From Oikopleura dioica (lineage: Eukaryota > Animalia > Chordata): a stretch of DNA of 64,000 nucleotides. The stretch lies in the NCBI GenBank assembly GCA_907165135.1, contig OU015568.1, positions 8,990,001 to 9,054,000 of the forward strand, read 5' to 3'. Shown piece after piece: positions 13,201 to 25,394 of this stretch (position 1 is its first letter; every line of letters begins with the position of its first letter). Under the pieces are notes generated by a model. That model had not been told where the DNA came from and ran no database searches. It saw only the letters and a program-made list of their open reading frames with translations. The position numbers were made by a program, and so were the translations under genes.

Positions 13201-16200
13201 TTAGAAAGCATCGCCACAGAGCTGATCGCGCAAATCAGTAAAGGAGCAACTGCGCATGATCTCAAACAACTTGTTGAAATCGCGAATTTAGTACAAGCTG
13301 ACAAAGAAGAAAATGAATCATTTGGAGAGGGAGAGACTAGTCTAGGATATGGGCATGTCCACATTCTCCGAGAGATTGAAAAAGTCCTGGAAGAGCTCCC
13401 GAAAACGATCGATAAGAATGAAAAGCTCTACCCAGCGTTTGAGTACCTAACTCAACTGTCGATTTATTTATCGATGGACGATGAATCGCGTTGGATGTCT
13501 GATGTCGTGAGTCAATTCACCCGAGGGAAGCAAGACACACCCCGGAGCGAGAAAGCAGCGAAAGATGCGAAACTGTGCACTTATACTCACACGCAGCGCG
13601 AGTTCCAGAGCCAGCATTGGTACCACTGTCACAGTTGCAATATGGTTGACAGCGTTGGTGTTTGTTCTACATGCGCTGTCGTTTGTCATGAGGGGCACAA
13701 CCTGAGTTATGCGAAGCATTCATCATTCTTTTGTGATTGCGGAGCGCAAGACAGAACTCCTGGTCGTCGATCATGCATTGCTCTGACTCCAAGATCCCCA
13801 GGCGTCACTCCTGGCAAAAAGCAGCCCGAGACGGGAACATCGGCAGGTATTTTCAACGCTTCGGAAGAAATTACGCTCAGTATCAACATAACGAATCCAC
13901 TCATCAGAGAGAGGTGCAAAGATGCTCTTACAAAGATGATACCGAAAATCGAAGCTGTCTGCGTCTCACTAGAATCATCCTCAAAAGATGAAGAAACTGC
14001 GGAAGAGAAGGCAAGAGCGCTGCTTGATAGATTCCAAAAGACAACAAAAGCAACAGTGAATAACTATATCAAGGCCGATTTCCAGACCAATCAAGGAGCG
14101 CTGGAAAACGTCAAACCCTCTCTATCTCCTGACGGAAACGAGGCTATAAGAAAAGTGCTTCTTGAGAATTCAATTCACAGAAATTTTGTCGGAGTTCTTG
14201 AAGAAAACCGTGAGAAATACATTGTCGTTCTCCAGGACAAGAATAAAATGTCACTCCTCGCACTTTCCACTCTTCTTTCTCGAAAATCCAACAGCTCCAC
14301 GAACGCTGTCTCGAGGCAGAGTCATTATACAGCTTCATTTACAGTTATGAACGTTCTACCAGCTCCGTACGGTCGATTCATCCTACAGAGTGGAATTCGC
14401 GAAGCAATCATCCACCGAATAAATAATGGTACTTTTGGGGAGAAAATTTCCCTCCATTTGAATACTCCGAGCAATGATTTTATCACTCAAACTCGTTGGA
14501 TTCCTCAACTTCCCGGTTATTTGGCGATCTCAAGCACTAGAAATGTAAAAATCTTCAATTTCTTAGAAGATCCTATGTGTCCACTTTTCAATTTCAAAGT
14601 GAGCGACCAAATTCACGACTTTACGTATTTTTTCATTGGGACCGAACTTCATCTACTAGTCCTTGTTTTGTCAAAAGATGGAGAGAGCGTCTTCATCAAA
14701 AAAGTCACCGACGAAGATAAAGCATCCAAGCATGGAGAAGTGACAATCTCCGAAAAAGTTCAGATAAGAAACGATGTCTTAGTTCCCAAAAACGATCTGC
14801 AGATTTGCTCCAACGGCACGATTTTCTATTCCTTTCAAACTGGAGTTCTTTTCCTTGCATACACGATCGGAAGCACTAAGAAAGGCACCCACAAGAGGCA
14901 AGTTTTCTTCGCTCTTAGCTGCCCTGTTTTCGAAAACAATTGTTGGTCAGTGTCAACAGTCGCTAAAATGCCAGAACTATCCGCTCTGATGAAAGAAATG
15001 CTAACACAAAAAAGATCTTTCGACAAGGACGCGAAGAGCAAGGATGCAGAGGGCTTGATCAAGCTCGCTCCGAATTTTTCTTCTGGGAATACGTCGAGCG
15101 CAAAATACGTTCGTAATCTCCGCGAGGCTACTGGTCATCCTGGTTTGCTCACTGCTTCATACGGCCCACACAGTTTTGCAATTACGTTTACAGAGAGCGA
15201 AATCAACGTCGAATTTCTTGGGGATGTTCGACCAATTCTGGACATTTCCGCGATCGTTCACAACTTTCGCGGTACAGAGAAACCAACGTCGTCGATTCTT
15301 GCTATCGCAGAAGACGGCGCTCTTCGAGGATGGACAATCAACCCAGCGCAAGCAGAGAAAGGCGAGTACTGGAAAAACATGGCTCTTCAAAATACACAAG
15401 TCCCTGTAATCCAAGAAACGAGCAAAGAATACCCGCCCACCTTCTTGGAAGATTTTGAAATCATCACAGACTCAGAGCTCGAGTACCAGTCAAACCAGCT
15501 GCAGCGAGTTTACAATCGCCAGCGTCTTCGTCGATGTCTCGAGCCGGGAAATAACACCAACTCGCATTACGTGACATGGAAGGGTCCCTTCACTCTTTCG
15601 GTGAAAACAGCGAAGATCGTTCGTGGCCTGAGACTTCACTTTGGAGATAATGATGCTCAATCGGCTCCTCATTCCGTCGAGCTCACTCAGTTCAACCGAA
15701 TTGTCACCGTTGGGGACGTCACTCAAGCTCGTTGGTTTGACATTATTCTGACTCCAGAAGAAGCTCTCAATTTGGACGGAAAAATCACTCTAGAGTTCGT
15801 CCCATCTCCAAGTGCTGATCGAAAAATCGTCGTCGACGCAATCAGACTCTACAAAACCAGCCGCAGGGCGATTATGAACGAGAAAAAAACGAAACGACAC
15901 CAAACTCGCCAAGAAGTCGTCCCTCTTCAAGGGACCTCGAGACGATTCTGACTCCCTTCGATGGGCAGCGGTAAAGAGCTACGTATCAGGAGCAAATTTG
16001 GTTACGAAAGCATCTCAGCGCTCGCATTATCTCGAAAAAACTTGGAAATTCGTCGATCCGTACACTGCATCGCCAGTAATGATTCAGCAGTTCAAGGAAA
16101 TCTTGCCCGCAGTCGACTTTGACATGTACTGTGATATTCAGTTAGCTAAAGCGCTCCCTTCGTTCAAAAAATTCGACTGGATGATTTTGCAAACCCTGAT

Positions 16201-19200
16201 TGATCAAATTTACGTCGTCGCGGAAAACCGTCCGGCAAACTTCCGCGGTTATTTCACCAATACCCAGTCTTTGAACGCGTTCAAGCTCATTGCGAAGACC
16301 CTCCACGATCTCATCGAATCCTCTGGTTCTTGCTACAAACCAGATGTTTACCCTCAATGCACGAATTTCCGCGATATAACGAGGAAAATTGTGTTTATTC
16401 TGAGCATGGTGAGTCTTCTTGATCCAAGTCAGCTTGAGAATGCGACGAAATTCTTTGACTACTCATCTGAATCACCTGAAATTGTTCTTGGGATGAAAGA
16501 TGCGATTCTTGAAGCGTTGAAATTTGAGCTTCCTGACTCGGGAGGTGCTTTGACGTCGAAAAACAGCGCAGAAATCATCTGCGTTGAAGACACAAATGAA
16601 GATGGCGATGATGATACTGTTGTCGCCGAAGAAGGGATAATGGATATCGACAATGATGATGAAGACGACGACGATGATGACGACGAAGATGACGACGAAG
16701 ATGAAGACGAGGACGATTATGAAACGGGGACGATTGACGGCGAAGATCATGAGGACGATGATGATGAAGATGATGACAACGATGTAGATATGGAGGAAGA
16801 AGATTTCTCTAGTGAAATCCTCGAAGGCGGCGGAGAAGGATTCCAGAATGACGGAATTGTGGTCGAAATCCCTGGTGACATCAGAGGCATCGATCTTGAC
16901 CGACTTCTCCAGGACAACGACTCCTCAATCGCAGATCTTGCCCTTGCACTATCTATTCAGGCGGATGAACGGCGTCCTGATCCACCAATTAGCCGGCTAC
17001 CCATTCCAACTGTGCCGGACACAATCGAAAGCGACAAAGAACAAGACGAAAATATCCCGAGCACACCTGCTGAAGTAAAAACATCTCCATCAGAAGACCC
17101 AATCTTCTCGAAAGAGCGACAAAGACAGTTCGCTATCAAGCTGATTTCCCAAATCGTTGCTGATGACAAGAATGACGTTCGAATCCAATACCAATTGATT
17201 CTCGCTGCACTGTCGAAATTGGACGTTAATGAGCCAGATGAACTCGATGTGATTGAAAGCGTCATTTCGAGCCTTGTGCTAAAAATCAAGGAGACTAAAT
17301 CATTGCTTCATATTATTATTCTCTCCGAATTCCTCAGATTCAACAATGATTTTACTTCCATCATCTCTCAGCAAATCAGCAATCATGGCATTATCGATAT
17401 TTTCACCAGCTACATTGGAGACAATGTCTCAGTTACGCCAAAGAACTCACAATCTACGACTAAAAAATCATCAGAGCAAGAAAAAGCAGATCAGAAGCCC
17501 TTCATTATTCCAAAAGAATACTCAGCAAACAACAAACTTGGCACTGTCAGCGCCATGCTACGTCTTCTTGAGGCGTTAAAAGAAAGAGATGCTCTTCTTC
17601 AAGTTCCACCGCTGCTGCTTGATCTAGTCATAAAAGTCATCGTCCGCGAGGAATCGTCAAAGTGGTTCATTAATGTCTGCAAGCGTTTTGGTCTTTGCTT
17701 TACGCAGTCGGCTGAAAAGTTCAAAGCTCGCCTCGATCGGGAGAGACTGATCAAGAGCTTCGAAAAACTCCAGGTTTACGCGAACAATGACTCTTTAGAT
17801 CTATCCTACAGTCAGCTCTCTGAGCTTTACGAAGAACTCAAGTCAATTGTTGAGATTGCTCAAAAGGTACTGATGATTTTCGATTCCCCCAACTTACTAA
17901 TTTCTTCCTAGCGACCAGGATCATGGCAAAAATTTGTGGAAAATCGTCCTCATATAATCGAGCTTATCCTCAATCTCCCGACGAACATAGAATGCTGCAA
18001 CAAGGACGTCATCAAGCTCCTTGAAGTGATCGTATCTCCAGTTCAAATTGGCACTCAAAAGTCTCGAAAACAATCCGAGTCGATTTGCGAAAAACGTAAG
18101 CGCTCCAAATCCCAGGGAAGCGCCAAAAATACAGGCGAAAACTTTGTGGACAAATTTCTCGACAGTAAGCGTCCATCGAGCCTCATTTCTCATCCCTTGT
18201 TCGTTCGAAAAAATCTCTTCTCCGAGTCGGAAAGCGTCCGATGGGCAATGCACTCGCTGATGAAAACGCTGTTTGCGGATTGCTCTGATGCTAAAAAGCC
18301 GGTACTCGTCAAGTTTTTGTGGACAATGTTCAACTCTTCGATTCGGTTTGGTCAGCGAGCCATCCAGTACACCGATCTCCTCGGTTTCTTCACGATTAAA
18401 TCTAATATCCCGGCTGAAACGCTCAAGGGATACGGCGATCTTGTTGCAAGAACTTTGAATTCGCAGTTGACTCAACTATCAACACATTCGAATTCGCTAC
18501 TTTACTCAAGACTTGCGGAGCAGCTTTCTTTCGGCGGATTTTATCTTGAATCCCAGCTTTGTCTCTCTTGCAACACTCAGAACGAGGAGTTCACATCATC
18601 AACGATCACGGGCCTCAAGGGTGATACAAAGTACACAACTACCGCTCAGATTTATAAACTCAAAGCCGGCCAGGAAATCCAGCGGGTGAGTATGAAGCTG
18701 ACCGATGTGAAGCGAACGCGACATGTGAAATCAATGACTTTGTATTACACGACAAGAACAAGCATCCCGATTATCGAGCTGAAGAACTCACCACAACTCT
18801 GGTTGAAAGCGAAGACAATCCAACTCTCGCAGGGACAGTCAGAAGTCACTTTCAATCTTCCAGTTTCAATCAAGGCGAACTTCTTGATCATCGAGTTTTC
18901 ATCTTTCTACGACGAGAGCTACTCGATCCCTGAAACGCTTCCTTGCCCTCGATGTTCGAACAATGTTCACACAGATCCAGGAATCTGTGGCAACTGCGGC
19001 GAGAATGTTTTCCAGTGTCACAAATGTCGAATGATCAATTACGACGAGCGGGACCCTTACATTTGTACCCAGTGCGGATTCTGTCGTTATGCCAAGTTCA
19101 GTCTTTCAATGTCATCAAGAAACTGCACCATCGCCGATCCAGTTGAAACAGAAGACGAGCGAAAGCGAGCAGAAGTAGAACTCAAAAAGCAGCTTGTGAA

Positions 19201-22200
19201 AGCTGACGCAACCTGGGAAAAACTAATTGTCCAGCGACGTGAGCTAGAGGACTCTTGCTACGAAATCGAAAACGGCGGCAAAGAGGATTGTAAAAAAGAA
19301 GCAAAGCCCAAGGCTCAGCCACTAGTTACAAAATACAATGAGTGCAAGACAAGTCATAACGATATCACATCAATGATTCGAGCAGCAAATGCTTGCCGAG
19401 AAACACTAGCAGATTATGAGAGAAGATCAAACTTGAATGCAGGGCTGGTAAATTAGCGCACTATTTTCTCTCGAAGAAAAAAAAATTAGTGCACTAATTT
19501 TTTTTAGAGACATTTTCGCGTCTTTCGCGCCTTAAGTGCACTAAAATGACACTAATTTTTCCTCTTGAGGAAATTAGTGACTTTTCGAGAGCTGATCTAC
19601 ACTAAAGACGCGAAAAAAGAGGCTCTTTTTCATCATCCAATGGGCTCTTCCCGGATGATAGCTTCATGGAAGACGATTTTTGTCAGGGAAGAATTTCTTC
19701 AAACTGAAACTGCTAGATATTTAAAAATCAATGCATCATAAATACCACAATGTATGACACAAATTAATTTTTAAAAAATCGTTTTCAGTCCCCCACCAAA
19801 TTAAGTCAGCTAAGGTTATCGATCATCCTCTTTCACCTGAGCGTATCAGTTCTTTGAAACAAGTACTTTTCAGTTTTGCGAAAAAAAATATATATTTCCA
19901 GTGTCCTTATTTGGTAACAAAAAAGTTGAAAGGAATAAAAGTCAACTTTTGTTGGAAATTCTTTTTGTCGAATATTTTAATGATGAGCTAAGATAAGCTT
20001 TGCTAGGGAGGTCTTCTCCCTAATTTTTTTTATCGCAGGGCCATCCGCAGCTGGATCTTCCTGCTTTTCTTCATTTTTTGCCTTTCTTCTCCTTGTCATC
20101 GTCCAACAACTTCTCATCGCTGTCCTCAACAGTCTCTGAAGCTGGAGCAGCCTTGACTGATACGTTCTACTTTCCGGGAACGGTCGAAATTTTTGGTAAC
20201 CCATTACCAATTTTCGGTTTTCGATTATCAATTTATATTTATTTTTTCGCCAAGTTAATGAATAAAACACCCCACAAGTTTTCTATTTTACAGGCGCGGA
20301 GCGCACACTCGCTCTTTGAATGAAAAAAATCGACACTATTTTGGCGAATTTGGTAATGCATTACCAAAATTTGTTATGGGTTATCAATTGGTAATGAGTC
20401 CGACCTTTTCCCCTACTTTCGTGGTCTACGAGCTCTTCTCAGTATCTTTATATAATTCTTTATTCACAGAATCACATATATTTGATAATTTAGAAGGGAG
20501 GTCTCCTCCCAAACTCACGCTTACTTGATAACTGCTAATGAAGAACTCCTCCCAAAGTTTTTTTTTTAGTTTTCTAGGATAAAGCAATGCTATATTTTAA
20601 GAGTAAAATATATCGGGAGTAAATCTGCTTCTAGATCTCCCTTATGATTTTGTTAATTATGAATTATATTAACAATCTGCACAAGGCTGCTCCTGCTACA
20701 GACTTTTGAGGACACCGAAGATTAGTCGAACGACGACAACAAGAAGATTGACAAGAAAGGGAAAATGCAGGAAGAACAAGCTTCAATAAAAAATTAATTA
20801 CTTAAAGAGTCTAAGCTTATCATTCAAATCCAGCACAGAAAGATTGTTTCTTTATATTTATAAAGAAAATTAACAAATGGATTGATAAAGTCTTTTTTGA
20901 CTATATATTAAAATTCACGCCCTCGATTACCCAATCCACTTTATTGAAACTCTTTGAAATTCTAATATTAACGAAGTTTGAAATTCTCAAACTTACGTAT
21001 TCTTCAGAATTAAAGAGCCCGCGCTCATTGGCGGGCCAATCAGCAGCCCTTATTTTCGACACTTTTCGAGACACACGCGAAAGAGACGCGAAAGTCACTA
21101 AAGTCTCGACAAAATAAATTCGCGCACTAATTTTAGTGCACTTAAAATTTTCGACAGATTTTAGGACGCGAATTTACCAGCCCTGCTTGAATGCAGTGAA
21201 ATCAACGCCGAAACTAACTGGGGAAAATGACTCAATTTCGATGTCAAATTGCTACGGCTGTGCTGTGAATGGAGCAGAGAACAATCTCACTCTCGTCCGA
21301 GCTCTATGTCAGATAACATCTGTTCGCGAAGCTCTTATCGCTGACGGCGCCGTGGAAAAGCTTCTCTCATCTCCGCCAAACCTTGGAAGCTCGAATTTAC
21401 GAAAGCTCATCCGAAGAGCAATCTGTCGACTTGTTCGCGGCTCGAAGGAAGCCTCAAAAGAACTAGGAGAACGACTCAAAGAAAAGATCATCTCTCTCGC
21501 CAAGCAAAATCAATCAATTGCACGGCTGGATGTTCTTCTTCGAGAAGATCTTGAGCTCCTAAAGCAATCGCTGAAATATCGAGACTCCGGATGGGAATAT
21601 CGAATCAAAGCGGCCATGGCCATCTTCCTCGAAGCGTCAGAACTCTGTGACAATGTTTCATCTGGAACGACAATCGTGAATGGAATTTTACTCCCTTGTC
21701 TAGCAATTCTCAAGAAGCAAACCAGCAGCCAAGAAAACAACAAGGAGAGCCGAACACCATCTCCTTATGACGTCAATTTCCGAAAATGGGCAGATGGCGA
21801 TCCTGATCATCAATACGAAACCCGCACAACTGCTAGAATCGACGAGGAAGAGGAACCATCATTAAAATCTGTTCCAGAGTCGTACTGGCTGCCAAGACTT
21901 ATGTTCTGCAAATGGTCTCAAGAAGCTAGAATTCAAGCTTGTAATGTTGTCAGCAATTTGGCCAAGAACAGGAAGACCGAAATCATCGATCTAATGGTGA
22001 CTTACTTTAAATATGTCAATGAAGCCGGAGAATATGCTGTTGAGTATCTTGGATTGCTCAGAACTCTGCTTGTAAAAGAACAAGAACTTGCGCCTGGGCT
22101 TTCTTCTTTGTTACTGAAAGGACTTGGCGAGCTTTTGATGTCTCAAATCAATGCGTTGATGAAACAAGAACTTGAATATTCTCAGATGACCACGATTTCT

Positions 22201-25200
22201 TCTAGCACTGACCTTCGAGTTGGGAAAACCCTCGACGCGATTGTCCTACTGCTCTACATCATCATTGATAAATCGAAAGATCTGCCCTTCAAGATGATCA
22301 AGCCAATCCTGCGAGGCTATCTCAGTCTCTGCAGAGTCTCTCTTTACGAACCAAAGCGATTGACGACGCCCAAGATGGTCTTCTCAAGCTCCTTGAGACA
22401 CTGACCTCTGGAGGCGAAGATATTGCACGTGACTTTGTCAAGATTTGCTTCAAAACTCTTTCTCACTTTTCTAAGGATGATTTCCAGGCGAGTCAGTTTG
22501 TTTTCGAGCGACTCTGTAATATCATCCGTCCTGAATCAACCGAGGACGAGTCCTTCCGAGTTCAAATCGACAAAGATCCTCTGCAAGAAGAATTTCTACC
22601 AGGTCGAATGGTCAACAATCCTTATCCAAGTTCGGCCGTTGGAGAAACAATCCGCGATTTGAAGAACAAGATCTGCCGTGATACAGAGCTCATCGCGATG
22701 GTCGACGACGATACGAGCTTGGAGCTATTAGTTTCGAACAAAATCGTCAAACTTGACCTGGCCGTCGCAGATGTCTACAAAAAGATATGGCTTCAAAACC
22801 ACGAGACCAATGTGCCAATGCGAGTCATCTATCGTATGCGAGGATTGATGGGCGAAGCGACAGAAGAATTCGTCGAGACGCTACCGGAAGACGATCAAAA
22901 TGAAGAAGAGATCTTCAAACGAGCATCTTATCTTGCTGTCGATAATGGATTGGAGACGGTTCTCGATAAACTCGAATCCATCCGATCTCTTAATTCTCGA
23001 TCACGACCGCTTCTTGGCGCTGGATTGAAATTGCTCGGATTCTGCGTCCATCTTCGCGTTTGCCGAGACGCACTCGCTGAGAACTCCTCCGCTTCCATGT
23101 TGAACATCATGCTTCAACTGTTGAACATCTGCATCGAAGCAAAAGAAGCAAAACTCGTCGAGGACATCCTAGCAATCATGAATCGAGTTTTAGCTGAAGC
23201 AGCAACCCACGGACAGGAAACAGAAACAGGCCACAAACACGAACTGACGAAGCTTCTTAAGGCTATCGACTCCGAGTTTGTTCAGTCGCGGCAAAATATC
23301 GTCATGTCACTGATGGAAATGATCCCGTTCTTATCATTCGGAGATGAGCAACTCATGGAGCAGCTGATTAACCATTTCGATAGCGTCCTTTCCAACTTAT
23401 CTAGCTTTGACGAGTCTCAAGATGAACAACACAAGATCTACCTCGAGTGCTTCTGTGACATCCTCAAAGGTCTCAAGCCCGATAACCCGGGTGGCAAGCA
23501 TTTGAAGGATCTCATGTACGCTAGAAATTTGCCTCGACAGGCAATCGATTATCTGCGAGCTAAAACACCTTCGGATAAGAATTACGCATCTGATGAATGG
23601 AAAGATCTTCTTGAACGACCCGTTCTTCCATTTATTCTTCGGATTTTAGCTGGACTCGCTACTGGGCATCCTGAATGCCAGAAGCTTATTGGAGAAATGG
23701 TAATTCCTGAGTTGCATCGATTGGAACAAGTCGCTGCTGGCGGAATCGGTGAGTCCTTACAACTCTACTTTTTCTAATAATAATTCAGGTACTCTGGCGG
23801 AGGAAGCTCTCGAAGCTCTCAGAGACAATAGTGATGTTTTCAAGCGCGTCTCTGAAGCCCGCCGGGCCACTCGCAAGGAAAAAGCTAAAGTCGGCAAATC
23901 GCATCGTATGAAAACACTTCTCAAACTCGGTATGGCGGAGAATACCGACGGAACCATCAAAGCTGACGACCGCAAATCCGAAAAAATGAAGCTCGAACAA
24001 GCAGAAGACGGGCCTCTTTGTGTCATCTGCAAAGAAGGATGCCAGTTTGAACCGAAGAAAATCATGTCGATCTACTGTTTCTGCAAGAGAGCTACTGTCG
24101 AGCCGTTTGAAGCGAATTCGAGGAAGACCGTCGGCTTTGAGACAGTGTCCAGCTTCAATTTGATCCACAACGAGTGTCACAAAAAAGCGGTTGTTGCTAA
24201 ACGATCCAGGGATGAGTGGGAGACTTCTTTCCTTCATAACAACAGGTGATCAACAGAAATTTAACTTTAATTAAAACTATTTTAGTACCCGGTGCAACGC
24301 GCTCTTGCCACTGTGGGGCCCTGAAGTCAACGAGTCTGATTTCTCAACCCAAATGGCGAAATTCAACGAGTCTGTTCGCGACGCTACTGGCGTATCTCCC
24401 GATGTCACCTGGCTTATTCACAACATCAAATTGATGCTGCACCGATTTTCAACGAATGGCAAATTCTACCTTGATGCGGGCGGCGGAGGACCGGAGAGTA
24501 ACATGAAATTCTTGCCGCACTTGATTCACTACATTTTGTACACGACTAACACCCTCAAAACTCAGGTAAAAACAAAAATAATTAACTGCTGCTAAAAAGA
24601 TTTTCTTTTCAAGAGCTCTTTGAAAACGCCGATTCAAACCTTCCTGGACGATTTCAACGTTAATTCATCTTGGGCCGTCTCTGGCTACTTCTACAAAGCT
24701 ACATCAGCCCTTATCGTGTTTAGTAAAGAGGTGTGTTTGTTTCTCACTTTTCATTGATATAAAAAATTCTATTAAAGGAATGGATTAAATGCAGAGTCGA
24801 CTTTTTGAAGAAAATGATCATTTGTACCCACATGCGTGAAGTCTCAATTAACCCGAAAAAGGGAGTCACCGAGGCAGAACGAAAGGAACTCCCCTTTGAA
24901 AAGTACAAGCCTACGATTTTGTTCTGGTTCCTAATTGATCAAATCTTGGACAAGCTTTTTGACGAGCAGGCAATTTCTGACAGGTGACCAATCAGAACAC
25001 GCCGCGGCAGTTTTAAACATTGATTTTTAGCGCCGGAGAGGAATACACAGAGAAACTGCAAATGTTCATCCGAAAGAACACTGTTTCTCTTCAGAAGTCC
25101 TGCGAAAAGTTGGTGAAGACATTCAACGAAGAATTCATTGTCGTGGATTCCCTGGAGGAATTCATTGATGTGGCGAGTCTTTACAGCGTAATTGAGCCTT

Positions 25201-25265
25201 CACTTGTCAACGATTCGATTTCACAGATTCCCGAAGATACCACCACTGAAAACTTGATCAATTAA
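10266..25265 (+). CDS. UBR4: E3 ubiquitin ligase UBR4 (p600); interrupted by a transposon and three single-base frame breaks in this sequence
   Basis: UBR box CTYTHTQREFQSQHWYHCHSC...CHEGH...FFCDCG (~13570-13745), LALALSIQ motif, CPRC...CGNCGENVFQCHKCRMINYDERDPYICTQCGFCRYAKF, RMVNNPY...RDLKNKIC, and C-terminal CVICKEG / DAGGGGPESN. Confidence 0.95.
19440..21185. mobile_element. Non-autonomous hAT-like DNA transposon (1746 bp) inside a UBR4 exon
   Basis: Perfect 15-bp TIRs CAGGGCTGGTAAATT (19440-19454) and AATTTACCAGCCCTG (21171-21185). 8-bp TSD CTTGAATG at 19432-19439 and 21186-21193. Subterminal AGTGCACTAA and GACGCGAAA repeats. No transposase ORF. Confidence 0.93.
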
Positions 25266-25394
25266 AAATCCCCACCATTGAAAACTTCAATTTCTAAACT
25301 GTTGTTTACAAGTTCATCCACCACTATTAAATCTTTTAAATATTTATTGCTCACTAATTTTTGCCTTTTAAATGATCCATCCTTCGGCTCTAGA

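Noticed and set aside
16600-16800. GAT/GAC/GAA-rich tract as a possible satellite or array
   Set aside because: It is the in-frame acidic linker of UBR4. No CRISPR-like array exists in this eukaryotic window.
10870-18475. Numerous 60-220 aa antisense and alternate-frame ORFs over UBR4 (also over GS, GYS, TERT)
   Set aside because: Shadows of long coding sequence, with no motifs or splice support.
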